Below, in pieces: positions 1 to 8,415 of a DNA stretch of 39,402 bases. The notes below the pieces were generated by a model, which was not told where the DNA came from, did no database searches, and worked only from the letters and a program-made list of their open reading frames with translations. Position 1 is the stretch's first letter. Each line of letters starts with the position of its first letter. This DNA is from a virus (Duplodnaviria > Heunggongvirae > Uroviricota > Caudoviricetes). The stretch is taken from IMG/VR virus record IMGVR_UViG_2541047754_000004; one strand, given 5' to 3'. The position numbers and the translations under genes are program-made.

Positions 1-555
1 TCATTTATCTCCCACCGGAAACCTCTTATACAAAGTCGATATGCCAACATCATAGATGATCGCTACCTTCAGGCGAGGAACTCCTGATGCAATTAATCGT
101 CCGGCCTGTGCCCATTGTTCTGGTGTAAGTTTGGGACGTCGTCCACCAATTCGTCCCTGTGCGCGAGCAGCTTCCAGTCCTGCTTTTGTTCGTTCAACAA
201 TCAGTTCACGTTCCATTTCAGCCAGGGCCCCCATCACATGAAAGAAAAAGCGCCCCATTGGGGTACTGGTATCAATTGAATCCGTCAGACTACGAAAGTT
301 GATGCCTCGTTCGCGCAACTCCTCCACCAGCACGACAAGATGCCGCATACTGCGCCCCAGTCGGTCCAGTTTCCAGACCACCAGCGTGTCACCTGCCGAT
401 AATGTCCTGAGCAGCTTTTTCAGTCCTGGTCTGTCGGACTTTGTACCGCTTATCTTGTCTTCAAAAATCAGCTCACATCCTGCACAGTTCAGCGCATTAC
501 GTTGTAGATCGGTATTCTGGTCATTTGTTGATACACGTACATAGCCAATAAGCAT
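1..555 (-). CDS. pin: Serine recombinase, DNA invertase of the Pin/Gin/Hin/Cin family
   Basis: 184 aa; N-terminal MLIGYVRVSTNDQ with catalytic Ser, GDTLVVWKLDRLGRS motif and C-terminal HTH; near-identical in length and sequence to e14 Pin as recalled; ATG at 553-555, stop at 1-3. Confidence 0.92.
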   Translation of the reverse strand: MLIGYVRVSTNDQNTDLQRNALNCAGCELIFEDKISGTKSDRPGLKKLLRTLSAGDTLVVWKLDRLGRSMRHLVVLVEELRERGINFRSLTDSIDTSTPMGRFFFHVMGALAEMERELIVERTKAGLEAARAQGRIGGRRPKLTPEQWAQAGRLIASGVPRLKVAIIYDVGISTLYKRFPVGDK

Positions 556-608
556 GTTAAATCCCCTGGTAAAAGCAGGAATGATGCCATTTGCTCGTTA
601 TTTCTGCA

Positions 609-634
609 TTTTCATAAACGTTGGTTTTGGAGAA
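609..634. repeat. Left inversion crossover site (gix/pix-like, 12-2-12 bp)
   Basis: TTTTCATAAACG-TT-GGTTTTGGAGAA; its reverse complement matches the site at 2355-2380 in 11 of 12 left half-site bases with identical AA core. Confidence 0.6.
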
Positions 635-919
635 GGTGCTCAAGGTATTAGGTTACCTGTCGTCTGGCCATCTGAGGGTGTGTCTCTTGGATTTACCATA
701 AGCAGCACCGTAATAGTGTTATCGAAGTCCCAGGCCTCTACATCATCGGACACTGCCTACTCAGTTAACGCGAATGTTTTTCCTTCGCTAACAACTGATG
801 CACCACGGCGTGCAATCATGCGTATTGTGCATCATGCACGAGCAGCGAACGGGGGGAGCATATGGCAGACCTGTCAGGCAGCAACATCTTTGGCGCATAT
901 AGGGGTGAAGTATTCATAA
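635..919 (+). other. Silent alternative tail-fibre C-terminal cassette, in frame with the constant part after inversion
   Basis: Reading frame continues from crossover site through GFGEGAQGIRLPVVW... to stop at 917-919; junction GEGA matches the junction in the expressed fibre; no own start needed. Confidence 0.45.
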
Positions 920-1209
920 GTACGTGTGCATGGGTAAACCGAATAGGTTGTAACATCAATACAACAGCCAAATATCTCAGGCATTCAGTACACCACTTGA
1001 TCATGGGGTGATAGTGAGAAAGGTGTTACATTCAAACTGCGATATGGAGCATCCAACATGAAAACAAAGGCTAACTCTGAACGGAAAATCTGCATGGATA
1101 TAGACTGGTCACCGTGCCGGAAAGGATGCGTTGGCTTTTTCTTAAGGCAAAAAAGTACGAATACACGGACAGGTTGACAGTATAAATTCCTGCTGTCGTA
1201 ATTCTGTTC

Positions 1210-1530
1210 ATGTGTATAACGCATCTTAAGCAGGGGGAAAAACTTCCGGCAAATGGAACAAAATTTACGTGTAACGGATGGATCTTTGTACGTCAACAGC
1301 GCCCTATGTTGAATGACTTACTCGAAAGTCGCTCAAGGCTTGAAGTGATTTGGATCGGTGCTGGTAACGGCTGCCATCTCACCATTTCACCGTTACAGCA
1401 CGGCGTTAAATCGGATTGTGTGAAACGGGGGAAATACACTTCCGCCCTGCACTTTCCCCCAGAAGACGCTGAAGGAGCACAGTGCTACATCAAGCATGAA
1501 GTAGCAATGGCCTTCTTCAGCGTGTTCTAG
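1210..1530 (+). CDS. Hypothetical small protein, alternative-orientation partner gene inside invertible segment
   Basis: 106 aa ORF; shares a T-x-CNG-x4-RP motif with the 115 aa minus-strand ORF at 1537-1884; would follow the alternative cassette after inversion. Confidence 0.4.
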   Translation: MCITHLKQGEKLPANGTKFTCNGWIFVRQQRPMLNDLLESRSRLEVIWIGAGNGCHLTISPLQHGVKSDCVKRGKYTSALHFPPEDAEGAQCYIKHEVAMAFFSVF

Positions 1531-1536
1531 CTCAAT

Positions 1537-1884
1537 TTACAGGGCGTACGTAACCTTAATCAGGTACACACCACCCGATTTAACGCCTGGCGGTATTGCT
1601 TTAATCCTGTCATGGCAGTCTTTAATGGCACCGCGACAATTGACAGTTGCAGTGACGTCACGTACGCGTGGGTCAACCGATATAGGGCGATGTTCATCTT
1701 TATAGACGCATCCGTTACATATGGTATCTGTCACACTTGCTGAAATGTGTTCGCCAGTGACCAGTTGAGTGGAACACACCAACAGCCTTCCGACGGCAGT
1801 AAAATATACATTAAACCAGTCCGCATATTCAGACTTTATTACCTCAAGCAATAACCAATAAATATCGCTTGGCACTGTGAGCAA
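1537..1884 (-). CDS. Hypothetical small protein downstream of expressed tail-fibre tip (possible fibre partner or chaperone)
   Basis: 115 aa ORF directly downstream of the fibre gene on the same strand; Cys-rich; paralogous motif with ORF 1210-1530. Confidence 0.45.
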   Translation of the reverse strand: MLTVPSDIYWLLLEVIKSEYADWFNVYFTAVGRLLVCSTQLVTGEHISASVTDTICNGCVYKDEHRPISVDPRVRDVTATVNCRGAIKDCHDRIKAIPPGVKSGGVYLIKVTYAL

Positions 1885-2123
1885 TCCATATTCGTCCTAG
1901 ATTTCGATCCTCTGTTCGACTTCGTCATCAAGGTGAAAGCTCCATTTAGAAGTCTTTCTGTTACAAAATTCTGACCATTTCCTCATCATCTGGCCACATA
2001 CTTGATGCCTCAAATTTCTCGTTCTTGGACTGATGTAACAACCCATTCAGTTTAGCCATCCCCGCGCACTTATCGATAACCACCCCCTATTATGGCCACA
2101 TTTATTGCTCCCTGACATCCTAG

Positions 2124-2705
2124 TCATGCTCGCCCCCCTGTTAATGATTTTGTATGATGAAAAACCGGCATAATAGCTGGCCGTGCTTTAGCTAATGCCA
2201 CAGTACCGATCTCTTTCCAGTGCATTGGGATATCATTGGCAGTGATTGTAACCGCCTGGGGGATCATAAAGAGTATTCCAGAGGTGCCATTGAGTAAGGC
2301 ATCTGGCATACGGGCGGTTAGCCTTCCGAACGGAAAGCTAATACAGGTAGCACCTTCTCCCAAACCAAGGTTTTCGAGAGCCGTTTTCACCGTGCCATCC
2401 GATTTGATATCGCCAAACGGATTCTTGCGGCTCAGGTATTCAACAGCAAACCCCGATCCCAGCAATTCAACAAAACCGGGCAGATCACCATTATCAAGCA
2501 CATCCCGTTGCGTTTTATCACTTACAAACTGGGCCAGAGCTGCAGCAATAAAGCTGGCCTGCCGAATAACCTTATTGACTTGCGCACTGGATGCTTTCCC
2601 TGCTGTAAATCCGGATATAAGCGCAGGCAACGCTTCCCATTCCTCCTGCGACATAACATTGGCATTTCGATCAGTTGCAAACGCTTTAAAGTCATTTTTC
2701 GCCAT
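2124..2705 (-). CDS. Tail fibre protein, constant N-terminus plus currently expressed variable C-terminal tip
   Basis: [28 protein letters not shown]-terminus typical of enterobacterial prophage tail fibres; ATGA overlap with upstream gene at 2705; crossover site lies inside the ORF at 2355-2380. Confidence 0.8.
   Translation of the reverse strand: MAKNDFKAFATDRNANVMSQEEWEALPALISGFTAGKASSAQVNKVIRQASFIAAALAQFVSDKTQRDVLDNGDLPGFVELLGSGFAVEYLSRKNPFGDIKSDGTVKTALENLGLGEGATCISFPFGRLTARMPDALLNGTSGILFMIPQAVTITANDIPMHWKEIGTVALAKARPAIMPVFHHTKSLTGGRA
2355..2380. repeat. Right inversion crossover site (gix/pix-like) inside tail-fibre ORF
   Basis: TTCTCCCAAACC-AA-GGTTTTCGAGAG, inverted relative to site at 609-634. 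Confidence 0.6.
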
Positions 2706-3385
2706 CAGATTAATACTCCCCATGCCCCTACATCAAAACCACTGATGAATTCGTTATCCATATCAAAACCAAAAAATTTAGAGCCTTCCGATGGAGTTTC
2801 CACCGAAGGTGTTTCAATGCCCCCCGCCCATACCCCGGCGGCTTTTACTGTTAGATACCCCTGTTTAATTGCCGCAATTAACTCACGCGATACATCTGAA
2901 ATATCAGTATCAGGAAAGACCCAGACCGATATCGTCATGTCCTGGTTATCGACTATCTGCATTCGCAGCCCGGATCCTGCTGTTGCCGCGTCAAGAATTG
3001 CCGGAAGCGAATCATTCCGTCCGTCCCAGTTATTAATCGCAATCTTCGCTTTAAGAATGACACGATAAGTTTCATCGCTGAGATACATGTATCCTGAATC
3101 AGGATCGTATGGTCCCTGCCATACCCCCTGATCATATCCAAGCCCGTCGGTATCCCAGCTGAAATAGACACCTGAGATAGGCTGGCTGACAACACGGCTA
3201 CGTCCGATCCACAATCCAAGAATGTCAAGTTGCACACCAACCGCAGAGTCAATATCAAATGCAGTAATCAGCCCTCTGGTGGCAGCCGCAACATCAATAA
3301 GTGGCCGGGTCATCAGATCAACATGCGCAAGAAATTTAGGTTTGGTGGCGTGGTAGTTCGTGATTAGTTCGGTGTATTTGCTCAT
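2705..3385 (-). CDS. Tail or baseplate protein (position of P2 gpI)
   Basis: 226 aa; sits between baseplate J-like gene and tail fibre; overlapping stop/start with neighbours. Confidence 0.65.
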   Translation of the reverse strand: MSKYTELITNYHATKPKFLAHVDLMTRPLIDVAAATRGLITAFDIDSAVGVQLDILGLWIGRSRVVSQPISGVYFSWDTDGLGYDQGVWQGPYDPDSGYMYLSDETYRVILKAKIAINNWDGRNDSLPAILDAATAGSGLRMQIVDNQDMTISVWVFPDTDISDVSRELIAAIKQGYLTVKAAGVWAGGIETPSVETPSEGSKFFGFDMDNEFISGFDVGAWGVLI

Positions 3386-4581
3386 GACTCCACCGTTATA
3401 ACGATATTTTCCGGGGTACAGGACGTAGATTCGTTGTATCTGATATCAATGTTTGATGACGACAAAGCCCCCGGGGATTTCCCAATCGTCAGTTCCTGAA
3501 TATCGTAATAGCGTGCATTCCCGCCACTCACCACGCCAAGATTCGCCGGTGAGTAAATGCGACTTAAAAGGACCGAATCACCAATCATCAGACTATTGAT
3601 ATAGTCGGAAATAGCCTGCTGGATCTGCTGCCCTATCTGTGAGGTATAACCCGTAAAAACTTTTAATTTAATCCGGGCGTAAACAGGCACATCACTGGAA
3701 CGCGAGAATTTGATTACATGGGGATTGCCGTATTTATCCGGAACCGTAACGGATGTTGTACCGTGAGTGGCTGTCCCCTGGCCTTTATTTCCTCTGATAG
3801 CCTGAGCAATATCCGTCACATCACCGCCATCCACAATTACAGCAACAGAGTGTGGCGGTAACCCGTTACCGTCCTCCGAACCAGTATCGTTTTCATAGAG
3901 TTTGTGGCGGGTTACACCGGTAACATTAGAAACAGCACCATCCAGTGCTTCAAATGGGGTTATTGATGGCAACGCAACACTTTGCGACTGGCGGATACGT
4001 AACTCCGCATCAGTTTCTGCTGGAGTGCCTACAGTAGCTGCAGCAGGATTGGTTACCGAAACCCAGCCACGGGTTGGCGTATTAATTTCAGTGATAGTTC
4101 CAGCCAGCGCCGCCACTGCACCACTGACAGAACATTTTGCGGTCACCATCACTGTACCATCCACGCCGACCACCACTGAAGCAGGCAAACGCCATATCAC
4201 ATTATTACTGTCTTTCACGCTGCCATTAATGATGGTTGTTCCGGCAGTTCCTGTAAGAAGCAAATCAACCGTAGAATTCGTCGCGCCTTTACGTGAAATA
4301 CCATTTATTTTCACGTTACTGGTCAGTGCAGCCCCATAGCCGGTTGCCGGTGAAAAACAGTTGTAGACAGTTATCGCCATATTATTGGCATCATGAATCG
4401 CCAGCGCCATCAGAGCCACCATCTGGCCGTCTTTGCTGTCCGGTTCGAGGTAGGCATCACTGCCATAAATCTGCTGAAAATAGCTAATCAGGGTGCTGAG
4501 TATCGTCTGATAATCAGGCGCACTGATCCCCTCCGCGGTTACCTTTGCAGATAAACCGAGAGAATCAAGGTTCAGAGCCAT
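3382..4581 (-). CDS. Baseplate J-like protein
   Basis: 399 aa; position and size match the baseplate J family in a V-W-J-I-H order. Confidence 0.8.
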   Translation of the reverse strand: MALNLDSLGLSAKVTAEGISAPDYQTILSTLISYFQQIYGSDAYLEPDSKDGQMVALMALAIHDANNMAITVYNCFSPATGYGAALTSNVKINGISRKGATNSTVDLLLTGTAGTTIINGSVKDSNNVIWRLPASVVVGVDGTVMVTAKCSVSGAVAALAGTITEINTPTRGWVSVTNPAAATVGTPAETDAELRIRQSQSVALPSITPFEALDGAVSNVTGVTRHKLYENDTGSEDGNGLPPHSVAVIVDGGDVTDIAQAIRGNKGQGTATHGTTSVTVPDKYGNPHVIKFSRSSDVPVYARIKLKVFTGYTSQIGQQIQQAISDYINSLMIGDSVLLSRIYSPANLGVVSGGNARYYDIQELTIGKSPGALSSSNIDIRYNESTSCTPENIVITVES

Positions 4582-4934
4582 TACGCCTCCGATGTAACAG
4601 TCGTTATTCCATAGAGAGTGTCGATTTCAGCGGAAAACATGACACGTCGGGTCGTGGTATCCACCGTCGTATTGAAAGAGAGGATTGATTTAACGCCCTG
4701 CGTTTCCAGAATGCGTTTTCTGATCGCTAGGTTGTAAGTTTCCGGTTTTTGCCTGCCCAGCACAGACTGGATCCACGGAGTCCCTTCGGTAGTGTCGAGA
4801 AACCATTGCCCATACCACAATTCGAATCGCGTTTTCACAGCCTGCGCCACGGCCTCAGGCGAGTTAATCAGCCAGGTGTCATCACCGCTGCCAAAGGTGT
4901 AATCGCCATCGGCGTCTTCACGTCTGTATCGCAT
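4581..4934 (-). CDS. Baseplate protein (W/gp25-like position)
   Basis: 117 aa; PEAVAQ..R....GEWFLD-like core; translationally coupled to neighbours. Confidence 0.65.
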   Translation of the reverse strand: MRYRREDADGDYTFGSGDDTWLINSPEAVAQAVKTRFELWYGQWFLDTTEGTPWIQSVLGRQKPETYNLAIRKRILETQGVKSILSFNTTVDTTTRRVMFSAEIDTLYGITTVTSEA

Positions 4935-5686
4935 CAGTTTACCCCGTCGGTACTGCTTCCACCGCGCTGAACACCGCCATGAGTGTGCGTATCATCGATT
5001 GGCTTGCCGTTAGCCTTAACGCTCCCCAAGAACTCAACAGCACCAGTGATTTTTGAAGCCACGCCAGAAACAACAGACCCCACCATGCCCCCCATCCAGG
5101 TTAACAGGCCATGAATGGTTACTTTCTCAGAAAAATCAGCCAGAGGGGCGACCACATCAAGCCCCCCGGGAGCGACAATTTTAATTTTCCTGGTATCAGG
5201 ATTAAGCTCAAAATAGGTGCTGCCGTCGTCACTACGCAACTGTGTGGCACTGGTATTAATACCGCTAATCTTCCTTGCCTGCGACTGGGGACCGACAATA
5301 CAAAACGAATCCGATAAATCATGCATTCTGTCATCAACAGGCTCCTGTATCCCGCCGTTCTGCCACCAGAAATCAATACAACGATCGGCAAAAACGACAA
5401 GACACTCATCCCCGGCTTTTATCGGAAAAGTCAACGTACAGCCTCCGCCGCGCGGGAATACCACTGGCACATCCACCAGCAATGGGTAATTTTTGGTAAT
5501 GCGGCTGCCGTCATTATCCTTTTCAACCGAACGGATAGCAGGCTGCACAACCGCCGTCACCGCATCAGGATCGAATGACTGAATAATGCCAGGCAAGGCG
5601 ACACGGATCTGGTTTTTAATGGTTTCCCGCTCGGATTTGAATGTTTCAGCAAGGTCGCCGCTGCGGGTCTGGTCGGATACTGCCAT
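4934..5686 (-). CDS. Baseplate central spike (gpV/gp138-like)
   Basis: 250 aa; Gly-rich C-terminus with THTHGG motif typical of spike tips; position upstream of W-like gene. Confidence 0.75.
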   Translation of the reverse strand: MAVSDQTRSGDLAETFKSERETIKNQIRVALPGIIQSFDPDAVTAVVQPAIRSVEKDNDGSRITKNYPLLVDVPVVFPRGGGCTLTFPIKAGDECLVVFADRCIDFWWQNGGIQEPVDDRMHDLSDSFCIVGPQSQARKISGINTSATQLRSDDGSTYFELNPDTRKIKIVAPGGLDVVAPLADFSEKVTIHGLLTWMGGMVGSVVSGVASKITGAVEFLGSVKANGKPIDDTHTHGGVQRGGSSTDGVN

Positions 5687-5827
5687 TTGATAGGCTCCAA
5701 TAATTTAAAACACTTGCTTTGATATTTTTGTTAAGAGCAACCAAACTATATGTTCGGATAGTGGTTGGTTTTATTAACCGTTTTCCGCTTATCAATCACA
5801 GCAATTAAATCTTTACAAGGATTAGAT

Positions 5828-6049
5828 ATGAGCACTGACTCGCAAACAACCGATATTCAGGTCAAATGCCTGCATTGTGGAGCATGGTTTCCTTCAGCTA
5901 TATGGATTGGGGATCGTGAGTCCCTTCAGTCTGGAGTTTTGTTTGGGAACAAGCAACAATGCCCGAAATGTCATAAAATGACTGATTGTAATAAAGAAAA
6001 TTTCAAAGCTAGATTTAAGGATGGCGGATTTATAGGTACGAAAGTCTAA
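5828..6049 (+). CDS. Hypothetical zinc-ribbon protein (cargo gene)
   Basis: About 73 aa from ATG at 5828 (AGGA upstream); CxxC...CxxC; opposite strand to the tail operon; AT-rich. Confidence 0.5.
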   Translation: MSTDSQTTDIQVKCLHCGAWFPSAIWIGDRESLQSGVLFGNKQQCPKCHKMTDCNKENFKARFKDGGFIGTKV

Positions 6050-6061
6050 ATAACATCCCCC

Positions 6062-6092
6062 AAAAAAGCCTCACGGCGATATGAGGCTTTTT
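6062..6092. terminator. Bidirectional intrinsic terminator
   Basis: A-run, GCCTCA stem, loop, TGAGGC stem, T-run; lies between convergent genes ending at 6049 and 6112. Confidence 0.6.
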
Positions 6093-6111
6093 CAATGAAT
6101 ACTAAAAATGT

Positions 6112-6459
6112 TCAATCAGCAATTTTCTTACAAGGGTAAGATCCAATGATTTTCGGAGCATCCATGCTGTTTTGCAGCAGTTGGACGTTCAGGAAGGCTT
6201 TTCCGTTACGCTTCACAAACTCAAAGCCGTAATTGTTGCCATCGCGGGAAGGCATCAGGCCCATGTCGGTTTTAACGTTGTCCCAGTCATCTTTCTGACC
6301 AAGAAACTTAATTTTCTGAGATGTTACCTGTTCGCCGTTGATTTTCGTCCACCCGTTATCAGATGCATGAAGTCGGTATCCCCCGCATTGCAAATCAGCG
6401 AAAGCCGATGAGCAGGAAAACAGTAACGAAATTGTCAGAACTAACTTCATACGCTTCAT
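6112..6459 (-). CDS. Small secreted protein or lipoprotein (cargo gene)
   Basis: About 115 aa from MKRMKLVLTISLLFSCSSAFA signal peptide (possible lipobox LFSC or AxA cleavage); two Cys in mature part; ATGA overlap with upstream hub gene. Confidence 0.55.
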   Translation of the reverse strand: MKRMKLVLTISLLFSCSSAFADLQCGGYRLHASDNGWTKINGEQVTSQKIKFLGQKDDWDNVKTDMGLMPSRDGNNYGFEFVKRNGKAFLNVQLLQNSMDAPKIIGSYPCKKIAD

Positions 6460-7523
6460 GAATAAATCCTTTGCTGCGCTGAGGACGAAAGTAAATCCGC
6501 CGCGCCACGCGCTTCGCACATCATGTCCATGTACCACGCCTGGCCCCTTGTGTCACCAGTGTACATAATCCCGCGCACAATATAAACGCCATCCGTTGCG
6601 ATGCTGGCAGGCTGCGATGTGGTGCCGCTGAGCGTGATATTTCCGTCCGTGTTCTGGTCGGTGATCTGACCACCAGCCATCGCAATATCGTTGTTCGACA
6701 ACGCGGTACGATAGACGGAAGCCTGATCCAGCTGAATGAGCCCGTTAACCCGGATGTTCGGATTAATAAGCGCGCGGACGTTTACGCCGTTACCGATAGT
6801 CTGCTGCGGCATTCCAATAAGCCCGGTAGCGCTGTTGAGCACAATCGCTTCGTGAACATATTCGTTATTCGCCACCATCTGGCGCTGACCGTCCACGAAT
6901 TGCCATGTTGCGCCACATTGTCCGGCTACGTTATCCATTAGATGCCGCGTCATGCCAAAGAGTACCCGCCCCCGGGGGAATACAGTAGCAGGCATTTCAG
7001 GCGTCAGGCCTTCGGTCGCGCCTTTGGCTTCGAAGTCTTTCATCAGCGCACGGTTCACATCAGCGACCGTGTAACCGGCAGCCAGCGTCTGTGAGGTTAT
7101 ACTGGTAGCAAAAGCCAGATCAGTATCTGCTGCCTGAATCAGGACGTAGGTATCAACCGGACTGTCTTTTCCTGTGACCGAGTAGCGAATTTCACCGCTG
7201 AAAATCAGTCCGTAGTTGCGGCCATCACTCTGGCCCACGTCCGCCGCGTCAACTTCCCGCACTGTCCCGACGTCGCTTGCCGACACCTCCGGCGCGATAC
7301 CGTCGTAACCCGCAATCAGACGCACTTTCGAAAACTCCTGTCCGGTGATTCGGTTCACAGTATCTGCCGAGAGGTTATAAATTTTGATAGTCCCTACCCG
7401 GGATGCACTGCTGATGTTGAACCAGTCGATCGTAAAGGTAACTTTAAAATCACTTAGCTCAATTCCCTGACCGTTCCCGTCCACAAGCTGCAGCTCGAAA
7501 TGTCTCATCCAGTTCTGTGACAT
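6456..7523 (-). CDS. Baseplate hub protein (P2 gpD / late control D-like position)
   Basis: 355 aa; follows tape measure and two small tail genes as in P2-type tails. Confidence 0.7.
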   Translation of the reverse strand: MSQNWMRHFELQLVDGNGQGIELSDFKVTFTIDWFNISSASRVGTIKIYNLSADTVNRITGQEFSKVRLIAGYDGIAPEVSASDVGTVREVDAADVGQSDGRNYGLIFSGEIRYSVTGKDSPVDTYVLIQAADTDLAFATSITSQTLAAGYTVADVNRALMKDFEAKGATEGLTPEMPATVFPRGRVLFGMTRHLMDNVAGQCGATWQFVDGQRQMVANNEYVHEAIVLNSATGLIGMPQQTIGNGVNVRALINPNIRVNGLIQLDQASVYRTALSNNDIAMAGGQITDQNTDGNITLSGTTSQPASIATDGVYIVRGIMYTGDTRGQAWYMDMMCEARGAADLLSSSAQQRIYS

Positions 7524-7525
7524 GC

Positions 7526-7828
7526 TTACTCCGTTGATACCAGTAAATGGCTGCGACCGCCCAGGTCAGTTTTTGTGGGGTAATCCTGTGTGTTGTCATC
7601 ACAGACCACCACCAGCTTAAAACCAAGCCCCATACAGGCGTACTGCGCCAGCAGGTCGGCACCAGTGACGAGAGGAATACCGGAGATTACCGGCTCCCCT
7701 CTGTCGTTCTGCAGGTCCATAATCCAGTACAGATCGCGCCATATGATGCTAATCCGCCAGGTAACACCACCTAAGACGATGCTGAACTGCTGGTTGTCCG
7801 CTGTCAGCGGAATTTCCTGAATTGTCAT
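7526..7828 (-). CDS. Tail protein (gpX-like position)
   Basis: 100 aa ORF tightly packed in tail operon. Confidence 0.55.
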   Translation of the reverse strand: MTIQEIPLTADNQQFSIVLGGVTWRISIIWRDLYWIMDLQNDRGEPVISGIPLVTGADLLAQYACMGLGFKLVVVCDDNTQDYPTKTDLGGRSHLLVSTE

Positions 7829-8415
7829 TAGCCGCCCCCCAGTAATGACGCCACGTTACCCGTGATGCTTTTCAGCAGTGAAGTATCTGGAGGCTTTGTG
7901 GTTTTGTTGCCGCTATTCTGTACCGCCGACGTGCTGGCCCCTTCCTTCATGTTGGTTTTATCCGCGACGGTAATCTGCTGTGTCCGGGAGATAAGGACCT
8001 CCCTCAGGGTGAGGACGGCGGACAGGACGTTTTCGGTTGTCTTGTCCGTCGTCACTTCCAGCGCCCGGATCAACATGTTGCTGTACAGTCGTTTACCGGT
8101 TACCACATCGAAGGGGATACGGCTTTCCTGCAGATCCAGTAGCTCCTGATACGTCTGCTGAGGACTCAGGCCGAGCAGGCTGGTAGCCGTCAGATTACTG
8201 GCAAAATCCAGCAATGCGCCGCCACCGGCGAAACCAACCTCCATCACCACTTCTGACGGTTTTTTATAGGCATGATCAGCGACAGCGGCCCCAACCTCTA
8301 CCGGATGCTCTGTTATTTCAAGCATATCTGTATGCTTCTCTGAAATAACAACACTGGGAACAATCATTCCTATTTTTCTGCTCTGCTGATGAAAAAGTGT
8401 AGAGAGAATATCCAC
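7828..8415 (-). CDS. Tail protein (gpU-like position)
   Basis: 195 aa; start overlaps tape measure stop. Confidence 0.55.
   Translation of the reverse strand: MDILSTLFHQQSRKIGMIVPSVVISEKHTDMLEITEHPVEVGAAVADHAYKKPSEVVMEVGFAGGGALLDFASNLTATSLLGLSPQQTYQELLDLQESRIPFDVVTGKRLYSNMLIRALEVTTDKTTENVLSAVLTLREVLISRTQQITVADKTNMKEGASTSAVQNSGNKTTKPPDTSLLKSITGNVASLLGGG

Larger units (their letters stand above)
609..2380. other. Invertible tail-fibre segment (about 1.77 kb) bounded by inverted crossover sites next to the invertase gene
   Basis: Inverted 26-bp sites at both ends; mirror-symmetric gene content (alternative C-terminal cassette plus small partner gene on each strand). Confidence 0.6.

Noticed and set aside
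816-1296. Two minus-strand ORFs (62 and 103 aa) in the middle of the invertible segment
   Set aside because: They overlap each other and the alternative cassette, lack the paralogous motif seen in the partner ORFs, and have no clear RBS; probably non-coding spacer
2953-3258. 101-aa ORF nested in another frame inside the 226-aa tail gene
   Set aside because: Same strand, fully internal, no start context; the longer ORF explains the region
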